Source of the DNA: Octopus sinensis
Taxonomy: Eukaryota
Reading direction: 5' to 3'
NCBI RefSeq assembly: GCF_006345805.1
Contig: NC_043005.1
Location: 9,982,001 to 10,046,000, forward strand
DNA length: 64,000 bases
In this document: positions 29,132 through 41,436 of the stretch, piece by piece
Numbering within the stretch: position 1 is the first letter of the stretch
How the letters are laid out: the number at the start of each line of letters is the position of its first letter
The notes under the pieces: model-generated
Seen by the model: the letters and a program-made list of their open reading frames with translations, nothing else
What the model was told of the DNA's origin: nothing
The model's database searches: none
Translations under genes and position numbers: made by a program

Positions 29132-29547
29132 GGCTGTGTGGTAAGTAGCTTGATTACCAACCACATGGTTCCGGGTTCAGTCCCACTGCGTGGCACCTTG
29201 GGCAAGAGTCTTCTACTATAGCCTCGGGCCGACCAAAGCCTTGTGAGTGGATTTGGTAAACGGAAACTGAAAGAAGCCCGTCGTATATATGTATATATAT
29301 ATATGTATATATATATATGTATATATATATATGTATATGTGTGTGTTTGTGTATCTGTGTTTGTCCCCCTAGTATTGCTTGACAACCGATGCTGGTGTGT
29401 TTATGTCCCCGTTACTTAGCGGTTCGGAAAAAGAGACCGATAGAATAAGTACTGGGCTTACAAAGAATAAGTCCCGGGTCGAGTTGCTCGATTAAAGGCG
29501 GTGCTCCAGCATGGCCGCAGTCAAATGACTGAAACAAGTAAAAGAGT
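29132..29547 (+). mobile_element. SINE family A
   Basis: Slightly 5'-truncated, otherwise complete. Confidence 0.9.
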
Positions 29548-30215
29548 TTATGATATCTGAATAACAATCAGAAAACTTGCTGAAATATTTTTATGCCCTG
29601 CTTCTTTTTATTCGCTTTATGAATGTTTTCGACAATTTATGTAATTCGTTTGGACGTCAATAACATATTTCCGCACCTTTTTTCATTTATTTTCACCGAT
29701 TGCAATGACTGCTTGCGTTTTGCATTTTCTCTCACTTGCTACTGGCCCTGTAATTCTTAATAGGTCGTATGGCAATTATCAGTTACTAAAAGGTCAGCCG
29801 GACTATAATGCGTAGGTGACATTACTTCATCATGCCACGTCATCAAGCGTGTGTGAAGCAAGCCAGTCCACAATTAATTACATCGGATCGTCGTACTCTG
29901 GTGGCTCATCGTTTTATCAACTTCTGACAGATTGACAGTAAGAGCTTTCTGCCCTGAGGAAATACAGATGCGAATAAAGAACGAAAACAGTGGACAACAT
30001 CGGAGATGCCAACAACAGCAAGTCCACAAAGCTGTTGTTTCAGAAACATCACCAGTGACATTTACGAGGTTGTCGCATATACTCAGAGGTGGCATACCGA
30101 AGAATACGCCTCACAAAAGCACCATTAGCTCCTCATCGTCTTGCATCGATGAGGAGCGAATAGGGGCTGAAGAGCAATGTCAAACGGTTCTGCAAAAAAA
30201 AAAAAAAAAAAAAAC

Positions 30216-30448
30216 AGGCGGCGAGCTGGCAGAAACGTTTAACACGCCGGGCGAAATGCGTAGCCGTATTTCGTCTGCCGTTACGTTCTGGGTTCAAGTT
30301 CCGCCGAGGTCAACTTTGCCTTTCATCCTTTCGGGGTCGATAAATTAAGTACCAGTTACGCACTGGAGTTAATGTAATCGACTTAATACCTATGTCTGTC
30401 CTTGTTTGTCCCCTCTATGTTTAGCCCCTTGTGGGTAATAAAGAAATA
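30216..30448 (+). mobile_element. SINE family C monomer with TSD
   Basis: GTTCTGCAAAA at 30187-30197 and 30450-30460. Confidence 0.9.
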
Positions 30449-30969
30449 TGTTCTGCAAAACAAAAGGAAAAAAAAAGGTATAGAGAAAAAAGAATGTACT
30501 CAAGCCTAAGGCGTCTTAGACGACCGGGTAAAAACCCGCTCCTCCTCCCGGCGATGAAGGATTCGTGAGTGCTTTGCCTCATAGAAAAACTCCAGAACAG
30601 TTTGCTGAACGATCTGGAAAGGGAGCAGAGGTTTGCTTTGTTAAGTGAGATGATATTTGAGGACCTGAATATAAAAATCGTTACTAAAAATTAGTCGAAT
30701 TAGTAGGGTGCTCTCCATTCAACTTTGTGTTTCAATTTATTCATTTATTTACCCCTGTGTGTTTTGTGTGTGAGTGTGTGTGTGTGAGTGCGTTTTCTTT
30801 GGTATGTGTTTTTATCAAATTATACAATGTGTTTAATTGTACCATTTTTAAATGTCCTATACCTTTCATAAGGTTCTTATCTCACCTTCGTTACACGTAA
30901 CATTATTTTTACTCCCATACGTATTCTGGTAACGCCTTCTTGAATCTACGCATAGGCACTTGTAAGTTA

Positions 30970-31012
<43 letters not shown>

Positions 31013-31043
31013 GATTATTATTATTATTATTATTATTATTATT

Positions 31044-31368
31044 GAGTGAGAGAGCAGTGCATGCCATCAAAGTGACACTGGGGTAAAATATACGAAGCCC
31101 AATATACCCATCATGACTACCCGTCTGATAAGGGCACACCAGGTACATGCATCACAACCATATGTGCGCGACATGGTGATCTCATATCAAGATAATCAGC
31201 ACGTAACCTTGCAGGTGGGGCCCAGTTAGAATTTTTTCTTCAGGTTGAGTAGCCCATCCCGCTCAAAAAGTCCCTGAATAAGGGTTGTTTAAGGATGTTG
31301 AAAGAACCACCCATGTTTCCAGCGGTGAATTATTCAAACCTCAAAGAATCCCTCTCAACACATGGCTA

Positions 31369-31369
<1 letters not shown>
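31044..31369 (-). mobile_element. 5'-truncated retroelement 3' end embedded in (TAA)n, unclassified
   Basis: Homologous to 32127-32655; minus-strand end ...GATGGCATGCACTGCTCTCTCACTC(AAT)n; (ATT)n on both flanks. Confidence 0.7.
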
Positions 31370-31415
<46 letters not shown>

Positions 31416-31578
31416 GTTGTTGTTGTTGTTGTTGTTCTTCTTCTTCTTCTTCTTCTTCTTCTTCTTCTTCTTCTTCTTCTTCTTCTTCTTCTTCTTCGTC
31501 TTCTTCTTCTTCTTCTTCTTTCTTCTTCTTCTTTTTCTTCTTCTTCTCCTCCTCTTCCTCCTCATTGTCATCATCATC

Positions 31579-31784
31579 AGGCGGCGAGCTGGGAGAATCG
31601 TTAGCACGCCGGGCGAAATGTTTAGCGGCATTTCACCCATCGCTAAGTTCTGAGTTCAAATTCCGCCGAAGTCGACTTTGCCTTTCATCCTTTTGGGGCT
31701 AATGAATTAAATACCAATGAAGTCGATGTAATCGACCAATCCCCTCCCCACAAATTTCAGGCCTTGTGCTTATAGTAGAAAGGA
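31579..31784 (+). mobile_element. SINE family C, tail-2 variant followed by (ATT)n
   Basis: Family C head and core with the alternative tail CCCCTCCCCxxAAATTTCAGGCCTTGTGC..TAGTAGAAA. Confidence 0.8.
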
Positions 31785-31816
31785 TTATTATTATTATTAT
31801 TATTATTATATTATTA

Positions 31817-31855
<39 letters not shown>

Positions 31856-31925
31856 TATTATTATTATTATTATTATATATTATTATTATTATATTATTAT
31901 ATTATTATTTTATTATTATTATTAC

Positions 31926-31972
<47 letters not shown>

Positions 31973-31998
31973 TATTATTATTATTATTATCATCATCA

Positions 31999-32122
<124 letters not shown>

Positions 32123-32126
32123 TATT

Positions 32127-32655
32127 GAGTGACACTGGGGTAAAATATACGAAGCCTAGTATACCCATCTTGACTACCCGTCTGATAAGGGTACACCAGG
32201 CACATGCATCGCAACCATATGTGCGCGACATGGAGATCTCATATGAAGATAAACAGGACATGACGTTGCAGTTGGGGCCCAGTTAGAATTTTCTTCTGGT
32301 CGAGTAACCCATTCCGCTCAAAAGGCCCCTGAATAAGGGTTGTTTAAGGATGTCGAACAAAACACCCATGTTTCCAGAGGTGAATTATTCAAACCCCAAA
32401 GAATCCCTCTCAACACAAGGCTATGATGCTCCCCAACTACTTCTGCTCGTGATCAGAGATGCACATATCGTTAGCCACTAAGGGACATGCTCAACTGGTT
32501 ACGGTCAAACAACCGACAAGCAAATCTGTGGTATTGAGCAGAATATTTGCTGTAGCCCATCTTTTATACCAAGACAAAACAATGTACATGATAACACTTC
32601 CAGTCAGTTAAGATCAGAAGCCACGGGAACCACTGCCTGCTACTGCATCAGGGCA
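32127..32655 (-). mobile_element. Longer copy of the (TAA)n-embedded retroelement 3' end
   Basis: Colinear with 31044-31369 and extends ~230 bp further 5'; (ATT)n on both flanks. Confidence 0.7.
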
Positions 32656-32662
32656 TTTATTA

Positions 32663-32720
<58 letters not shown>

Positions 32721-33353
32721 TTGTCTTGTGCGGGTGAGATGCTGCCAGTTCAAGATTAATTCTGATGGATGGAATTACTGTCAGCTGTGCTTGTCCGACA
32801 TGCGCTATAGGTACTAAACCATTCTGTGTCCGAGTATTGCTGTTCTGCCGAATTATGGCACCAGCTGTTGTTGCAGTGTAGAAGGGCGAATTCGGCAATC
32901 GACACAGATCGCACAAATCGTCCAGCCGCATTCGTTTGGCTAGAAATAGCAGTCAATTTGCCTCTTTTTGGTGGTACTGACGAAAATGTTTTTACGGCAG
33001 ATGCAACCGAAAGAACAGAAGAGATATGCTTTCATCTTCGACCGAAATTTCAACTAATTTTTCCACATTGACTTGGACAAGAGAGAGACGGTGGTCATTC
33101 TCCCATACTAAATTAATTGGACAATGAATGTGAGTGGAGAATGACCATTGAATAGGCCTATTGGTCGAGAAATGGTAGCCCCGAAGGCGTACTTATCTCA
33201 GGTTGTCAGGCTCATCTCAGATGTATGATTCTTCATTCACCCGAAGGAATGTTTTACTCTACTGAGGATTTTACTTTCCGCCACCCCTTCTGGTTTTATC
33301 TTTCTGCTAACAAGCTTTCAATGTGAGGTCTCTCTTATTTCTTGTTTCTTTAT

Positions 33354-33576
33354 TGCCCACAAGGGGCTAAACATAGAGGGGACAAACAAGGACAGACAAA
33401 GGTATTAAGTCGATTACATCGGCCTCCAGTGCGTAACTGGTACTTAATTTATCGACCCCCGAAAGGATTAAAGGCAAAGTCGACCTCGGCGGAATTTGAA
33501 CTCAGAAAGCAGCGGTGGATGAAATACAACAAAGCATTTCGCCCGGCGTGCTAATGTTTCTGCCAGGTCGCCGCCT
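33354..33576 (-). mobile_element. SINE family C monomer
   Basis: Full match on the minus strand. Confidence 0.85.
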
Positions 33577-33649
33577 TATTGTCACATTGTCTTCTCTCTT
33601 TTGTTCTCTATTGTATGTTTTGGAGCTCCCGTGACACATAAAGAACACA

Positions 33650-33925
33650 TCACCACCACCACCACCACCAGCATCATCATCATCATCATCATCATCCTCA
33701 TCATCATCTTCATCATCATCATCATCGTCATCGTCATTATCATCATCATCATCATCATCATCTTCATCGTCGTCGTCGTCGTCGTCGTCGTCATCATCAT
33801 CATCATCATCACAATCATCATCATCATCATCATCATCTTCATCGTTATCGTCATCGTCATCGTCATCGTCATCATCATCATCTTCATCGTCGTCGTCGTC
33901 GTCGTCGTCATCATCATGATCATCA

Positions 33926-33970
<45 letters not shown>
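33650..33970. repeat. Compound (ACC)/(ATC)/(GTC)/(ATT) trinucleotide array
   Basis: Seen directly. Confidence 0.95.
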
Positions 33971-33971
<1 letters not shown>

Positions 33972-34468
33972 TTTAATTCAAAACTAACCCATAAATTATT
34001 GGCTTTTTTCTTTGAAAACATGCTTCCATGGAATATTCTTGTCCCACTGATGTGGTCCCCAAAGAATGACATCAATTTCTAATCATGAAATCATTACAAT
34101 TCATGCTAACACTATTAAACGCTGTATTAGAGGCTCAATTCTTAAAAGAATGTCCATCATTAAAAACAGAAAAAAATTAAAAAATTCACATGTGTGGTGA
34201 CTGACATCGAGATGTTGTCTAATTATGTAAAACTGAATAGAAATGATGACGCGTTTCCTATGTTACTGAAAGGACTGCAGCATTTTGCTGCATTGTTTAA
34301 ATATTTCTGTCTCAATTACATTCATGTCATCAAAAATTTCAATCACCCTATTGATAGGACTTTTCCATATTTCATTTACATTTACCGTATGATTATAGCG
34401 ATGGATTTTGCACAATCGGCCGAGCGTCTCGCAAAATGTATTGTGGTATGTCTGCTATATCTAGTTAT

Positions 34469-34882
34469 GGATCTCTTCGGTTTGAACGGCAGTTTTTTTC
34501 TAGCGGTGTCAAATAAAATTTTCACCCATAATTATGACCCTAGTATCGATCTATTGCATTTCAATCTATTTTAGGGTTAGGGTTAGTGGTGGGGAGAGGG
34601 GTATCTTTTTTCTTCACAAATGTAAATAAACCCAATCTGTTTCTTAAACGAGGGACATATTCACACGGCACAATGTTTTTTTTTTACCTCAATGGACGTT
34701 ACTGATTGGTTGAAATTGCAGAAATTGAAGAAACAACAAATATATTCCAAACAATAGAATTTTCTCAATAAAGCCAAGAGAAAAAGATGTTTTATCAACA
34801 CATTCTACCAGTATACGAAGTTTAAAATTTTTTAGTTACCTAGAAATTATGTTAAAAACTGCCATTCAAACCGAAAAGATCC
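34469..34882. mobile_element. 414-bp MITE with GG-initiated TIRs and an 8-bp TSD (Merlin-like)
   Basis: TIR GGATCTCTTCGGTTTGAACGGCAGTTTTT / AAAAACTGCCATTCAAACCGAAAAGATCC (27/29 match); TSD CTAGTTAT at 34461-34468 and 34883-34890. Confidence 0.8.
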
Positions 34883-36203
34883 CTAGTTATTTCTCATAAT
34901 GATGAAATAGATGATCGTCATATATTCAAATCCTACAAAAAAATAATGCCTTTGTGCCAATACGGGAAATCATATATGTCAATATTTCTTTAGATGGTGG
35001 ACTTCACCCTTCGTTCGGTTAAACACTTCAACCTGGTCCTTTGATACCTTTAGTAGATCATTCTGTTACAGATATTCGGTTTCAGAAAACATTCCCTCCC
35101 ACCTCCTGCTGTTCTTGGAGATCTTGTAATGGCTCCTGGGCACCGCCACCTCGCCTGACTAAAACCTTTTTTTAAAAAAATCGAATTTCCCCTGGTTTTC
35201 TGCCATTTCTTGCCGTAACTGCAGTAAAATATTGACGGGGAGGGAAAAAATTGATAATTCAATATTTTAGTTGTTTTCCTTCTATGTTTTGAAATATGTT
35301 ATTACGCATAAGTAAGGTTGCGAGCCAGCAGAATTGCAACCGCACCAAACAAAATGTTTAGCGGCATTTTCCGCCTCCTTACGTTATGAGTTTAAACTCC
35401 AGCGAGTTCGACTCTGCCCTTCATTCTTTTAGAGTCGATAAAATAAGTACCAGTGGAGTTGATTTAATCAATTCACTCTGCCCCACAAGAACTACTGGCC
35501 TTGTGCCAAAATTACACAGAATTATTAAGCCTAAGTCTATTAAAACACAAGCTAATGTAGTAAATATTGATTAGATAATTCTTTTCTCTTTTTTCCTTTC
35601 AGTTTTGGCATGTTAATCAATGGAGACGAATTGGCGAAGGCGTTAGAGAGTCGGACAAAATGATTAGCTGTATTTGTTGAAGCTTTTCTGAATTTCTGAG
35701 TTCAAATCCCACCGAGCCCATTTTTATCTTTCACTGCACTGTCAGCAAACAAAGTATCGGTCCAGGATGGTGGAATAGTTGAGTTCTTTCAGTGTTGAAA
35801 GAGATGCCTTACTGTATTTGTCCGGCTCTCTGTATTCTGGGTTCCAATTGCGCACTTTCTAATCTCTCCCACCCTATACGTAGGAAGTGGTTACTTCAAG
35901 ACCAGGCTAACAGTGGTAGATCGCTTCTGTCAGAAAGAGCGACCCACCGATTAGGTCAATATGCACGAATGCAAAATATGTACTCTTCACGCAAAGTAGT
36001 GTTAAAGGTTAAGACAGAAAAATGTCACTTAATTAGGGGAAGAGCAGCGCTGTGATCTCCTTCAAGATTGCTCCTACTTTCTTGATATAGTAAAGATGGA
36101 TTTGGTGCAGCTATTTCTAGAATATTGGGTGACCACCTAAAGGATTTCTCATTGACGTTTCCCAGCAGCTAGTGAGGTATTTATTTGTAAGAAGTGTATA
36201 GAT

Positions 36204-36703
36204 CGGTGGTTCTCAGCTGGGGTCTGTATGGGCCCTGAGGGTCCACATCAGATTTTGGGGGTCCATACAACAAAATAGTAAATTGGGAATCCACAATAAT
36301 ATTTTAAGGGCCGTTGAAAAAAGTTTGCTTTAGACATCTGTATTGGTACGCATTGCAAGAAATAGATTTCTTTTTCTGATATTTTACAGAGTTCAACCTA
36401 CTCAAATTAATGCGTGAAAACATTAATAAATTAGATTCTATGAAACTAGTTTTAAAACATCGAGTGGCTACAGGGGTCCACCAGAATAAAATAACAATCA
36501 AAATGGGTCCTTAAATACAAAAAAATGGTTGAGAACCAGGCGCAGGAGTGGCTGTGTGGTAAGTAGCTTGCTAACCAACCACATGGTTGCGGGTTCAGTC
36601 CCACTGCGTGGCATCTTGGGCAAGTGTCTTCTGCTATAGCCCCGGGCCGACCAATGCCTTGTGAGTGGATTTGGTAGACGGAAACTGAAAGAAGCCTGTC
36701 GTG

Positions 36704-36760
<57 letters not shown>

Positions 36761-36979
36761 GTTTGTGTGTCTGCGTTTGTACCCCTAGCATTGCTTGACA
36801 ACCGATGCTGGTGTTTACGTCCCCGTCACTTAGCGGTTCGGCAAAAGAGACCGATAGAATAAGTACTGGGCTTACAAAGAATAAGTCCCGGGGTCGATTT
36901 GATCGACTAAAGGCGGTGCTCCAGCATGGCCGCAGTCAAATGACTGAAACAAGTAAAAGAGTAGAGAGAGTAACCCCTG
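36204..36979. mobile_element. hAT-type MITE whose right TIR is interrupted by a family A SINE (36539-36972)
   Basis: TIR CGGTGGTTCTCAGC / GGTTGAGAACCA...CCTG; 8-bp TSD GTATAGAT / GTATATAT. Confidence 0.7.
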
Positions 36980-37048
36980 GTATATATAAACGACTTTTGT
37001 TTATCGAAAGGTAAGTTTGATATATTAAACTTAATAAGTAAATTAATG

Positions 37049-37450
37049 AAGGCGGCGAGCTGGCAGAATCGTTAGCACACCGGGCGAAATGCTTTGCGGC
37101 ATTTCGTCTGCCGCTACGTTCTGAGTTCAAATTCCGCCGAGATCGACTTTGCCTTTCATCCTTTAGGGGTCGAGAAATTAAGTACCAGTTACGCACTGGA
37201 GTCGATATAATCGACTTAATCCCTTTGTCTGTCCTTGTTTGTTCCCTCTGTGTGTAGCCCCTGGTGGGCAATAAAGAAATAGGTATTTCATCTGTCTTTA
37301 CGTTTGAAGTTCAAATTACGCCGAGGTCGACTTTGCCTTTCATCCTTTCGGGGTCGATAAATTAAGTACCAGTTGCGTGCAGGGCTTGATTTAATCGACT
37401 AGGCCCCTCTCCTCAAATTTCAGGCCTTGTGCCAAGAATAGAAAAGAATA
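37049..37450 (+). mobile_element. SINE family C heterodimer: tail-1 unit joined to a headless tail-2 unit
   Basis: Junction AAAGAAATA|GGTATTTCATC at 37281/37282. Confidence 0.85.
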
Positions 37451-38643
37451 TGTAAATGAATGGTAAATGTTCCAGTATAGGAATTGATGTGGAACGATTA
37501 TTAGTCCATTTCTTACTTACGGACAAGGCCCAAAATTTTGAAGGAAGGAGGAGTCAGTTATATGGAACCCAGTACTTTATTTTTCGATTATGAGAAGCTA
37601 CGTTTAGTACAGCGGGATTTATACACAGAACATGAAGAACCAAAAGAAATAGAAGGTGTCTTAAAAATACAATAGCAATTCTGCCAGTCAATCAATCTTA
37701 GTATTAATGCTTAGATTACCAAAGTGGTGTTTGAACTCAGAACGTAAGAAAAAAGCAGATCAAATTCTAGAAGACTTCGTTTCCAGTCGCTAGTGATACT
37801 ACTAATTGGCCAACCTGAGAAACAATGTTTAATTGAAACTAAGCAACTAATATTATCTTTCATCGATTAATTCCATGTGTTTTATATCTCTATTGCTGTT
37901 TAGTAAGAGGTCAGCGTTGATCAAGTAGACCTACTGATAATTGGTATTCAAGCCATCTTTCCAGACATGGCATATTTCAGACTACATTGTTATTTATTTA
38001 AGACGGCATGGTGTGATTATGAGCGATTTGGTAGTTATTTCTAGCTGGTAGAGCGTCTATGTAGGAGCATCTTTATTGATTCATATAATACTTGTTTTAT
38101 GGCTTTGTCAAAGGTGGAAGGGTGGCGTTGATGAGATTTTTTAGGGTCACCGACATTGTTGGAAAGAAGAAATGAAGTTAAGCTGAGACTGGAGACCTTT
38201 CTTTGAGGGTTTTTAACAAAATGGATCCTACGAAAGACAGGCACGAGCTGTATGGTTGTATTAATGTGGGTAGTAAAGAAATATATATAGGAAATACTGA
38301 CCACCTTTTAGCTTTAGTAGGAACCAGCCTGACTATTGGCGCAGACAATGGCTATAGATTAAATCCACCCACACTTGAAACAGGAACGGTGTCTCCGACG
38401 CATTTTCTCAGTTTCTTGCCTCCCAGATTTCACTGTCAAAGCCATGTGGTCATTCTTAGATTGTAATGGAATACACTTCACCCTTATCCAAAGTACCGCG
38501 CTATTTTCTAGGGCCTAAAGCCCCATATTTGCGAAAATAATTTCTTAGTCACGCAGCCATGCCAGTGTCTATAGCCATTGTCTGCGCCAATAGTCAGGCT
38601 GGTTCCTACTAAAGCTAAAAGGTGGTCAGTATTTCCTATATAT

Positions 38644-38870
38644 ATTTCTTTACTACCCACAAGGGGCTAAACACAGAGGAGACAAACAAGGACAGACAAA
38701 CGGATTAAGTCGATTACATCGACCCCAGTGCGTAACTGGTACTTAATTTATCGACCCCGGAAGGATGAAAGGCAAAGTCGACTTCGGCGGAATTTGAACT
38801 CGGAACATAACGGCAGACGAAATACGGCAACGCATTTCGCCCGGCGTGCTAACGTTTCTGCCAGCTCGCC
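38644..38870 (-). mobile_element. SINE family C monomer with a 15-bp TSD
   Basis: GTATTTCCTATATAT at 38629-38643 and 38871-38885. Confidence 0.9.
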
Positions 38871-38889
38871 GTATTTCCTATATATGGTG

Positions 38890-39200
38890 AGGGGAACATG
38901 GCCTAGTGGTTAGAGTTTTGCACTCACGATCGCTAGATCGTGATTTCAATTCGTAGATCGGGTGGTGCGTTGTGCTCTTGAGCAAAACACTTCATCGGAC
39001 GTTGCTCTGCAATCAATTTGACACCTGACGCGCGGTTCTCAGTGCACCCCCCCCCCGTTCAGACAACGTCGATTTGATGGGGGGGGAGTGAGGAAAGGTG
39101 CGGCACAAACATTTGATTACTAAAACCAGATCATTTGTGCAGGTCATTTGGCAAAGAGCTGAATCCTCATACGTCGTCTTCGGTTGGAGAGTCTATCGTA
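38890..39200 (+). mobile_element. tRNA-derived CORE-type SINE family D with (TACA)n tail
   Basis: A-box TGGCCTAGTGG, CORE-like CTTGAGCAAAACACTT, tail GAGCTGAATCCTCATACGTCGTCTTCGGTTGGAGAG. Confidence 0.65.
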
Positions 39201-39453
39201 TACATACATACATACATACATACATACAAACAAACATACATGCATACATACATACACATACACATATATATTATATATATATATATATATGCATATTTAT
39301 ATGCATATATATGTATATGCATGTGTATATATATATATATATTTGTGTGTGTATATATATGAATATATATATGTATATGCATATGTGAGTGTATATATAT
39401 ATATGTATATATGTATATGTATATATGTATATATGTATATATGTATATGCATA

Positions 39454-39519
<66 letters not shown>

Positions 39520-39615
39520 ATATATACATATATTCCCCAGCATGGCCACAGCTCGTGAACTGAAACTAGATAAAATGAAAAATGAGATATATAATATATG
39601 TATATGCATATATAT

Positions 39616-39690
<75 letters not shown>

Positions 39691-39724
39691 TACTTTATTT
39701 AAAAGCAGCAGAAATGAACAAAAG

Positions 39725-39762
39725 CTGTTACTCCGAGTTTCACGTTCCCGTTCGTCGAACAG
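39725..39762 (-). ncRNA. Hammerhead-like motif, family gamma, second copy
   Basis: Minus strand: CUGU UCGACGA ACG ggaa CGU GAAA CUC g GAG UA ACAG; C3 changed to U. Confidence 0.55.
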
Positions 39763-39893
39763 TTATATATATAATATATATATATATGTATGTATAATGG
39801 GAAGGCTTACGAAAATAAACAAAAGACGAAGGCAGGTGGAGTACAAACAAACAAATGTATTAGTATGGCGCTCGGGAATAGAAATAGAACAAG

Positions 39894-39931
39894 TCTTTTA
39901 CGTTTCGAGCCTACGCTCTTCGACAGAAAGA
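39894..39931 (-). ncRNA. Hammerhead-like motif, family alpha, core CUGUCGA
   Basis: Minus strand: UCUUU CUGUCGA A GAGC guag GCUC GAAAC GUA AAAGA. Confidence 0.55.
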
Positions 39932-41119
39932 TACACAGAAAAAAACAAGGAGAGAAAAAAATGCGTGTAGAGCTAACGATCTATCATGGCATATATGAAG
40001 ATGGAGAAGAAAATAGATTTTTAAGAAAAAACTATAAAAGCTCAACAATAATAAAATCCAAATATATCAGAAATGAGGTGGAGAGAAAAAAGAAACAAAC
40101 AAAGAAAGACAGAAAGAAACGAAAAAGAAAGAGAGAGACAGAGAGAGAGTCAGAGGCAGACAGACAGACAGACAGCAGACAGACAGACAGAGACTGTTGG
40201 TTGTTTGTACGTAGCGAATTTCTTTCATTTGCTAACTCTATAGATTTGCTAAGAACCTTTCTGCCGTCTTCATCCCCCTTCAGTTGAAAAAAGCAAAGGA
40301 AGCGATTATTAACAAAATTAAAATGGTTTTCCTCCAGAATGGACATCTTAGCAATTAGTTCAATTCAGCTTATTTCATAGAAAATCTCTCTTTCGTCTAC
40401 TTTAATGCTCTCCTCGGAATCACGTTTCACACTTGTCCGAGAAGCAAAACCACCAATATTCTTGAATCACTTTTCAATTCACTTCATTTCTTTTTTTGCC
40501 TTCTTTCTTTCTTTATTTACCATTTCTTATTTCTTTTCTATTTACTTGTATTTTCTTCTTCCTTCAGTCCGATTCCTTTCTTCATTTGTCTTCTTTTCTT
40601 CTTCCTATTCATCTTTATTTCTATCATTATCATCGTCGTTGTCGTCGTCGTCGTTGTCTTATTCATCGTCGTCAACATTGCCGTGGTTGTTATCGTCTTA
40701 ATCATCATCGTTGTCGTCGTCATATTTTATCGTCGCAGTTATCTCGGTATTTGGTTGGAAGATAACAGAACTTAGCTTAAACTTCAAAAGCATGATTTCA
40801 CAAAATGGAGTTGAAGTTTCTCACTTAATAATTTGATATCTCAATCATACATATGATTTCAGCCACCAAACAATCGAACCGCAATTCAATAGTATAAAAG
40901 AAAGTACCAGTCAAGTACTGGGGTTGATAGTGACAAATACTTACCCTGCTCCTCAAAGTTACAGGCCCTGCATTTAAATAAGAAGGTTATCATTACTAAG
41001 GGCAGTGAAAGATTTTGCTGGTGACTGTGAAGAGCATGTACAGTGTGCACTATATGAGTTTGTGTTATATAACACAAACTTATACAGCGCACACAATACA
41101 TATATTAAGGCAGCGAACT

Positions 41120-41436
41120 GAAGGAACATGGCTCAGTGGTTAGAGCGTCGGTCTTACAATCATGAGGTAATGAGTTCGATTCCCTGACCGGGCTGTGTGT
41201 TGTGTTCTTGAGCAAGAACCTTACTTTACGTTGCTCCAGTTCACTCATGTAGAAATGAGTTGCGACATCACTGGTGCCAAACTGCATCGGCCTTTGCCTT
41301 TCCCTTAGATATCGCCGGTAGTGTGGAGAGAGGTGGCTGGTATACGTAGGCAACCTTGCCCAGACTTGTACTTCGGAGGGTAACTTTCTCGGTGCAATCC
41401 CATGGTCATTCATGCCCGAAGGGGGTCTTCACTCTT
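41120..41436 (+). mobile_element. SINE family B nested in the head of an old family C copy
   Basis: Flanked by AAGGCAGCGAACT / AAGGCTGCGAACT; family C remnant continues to ~41630. Confidence 0.8.
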
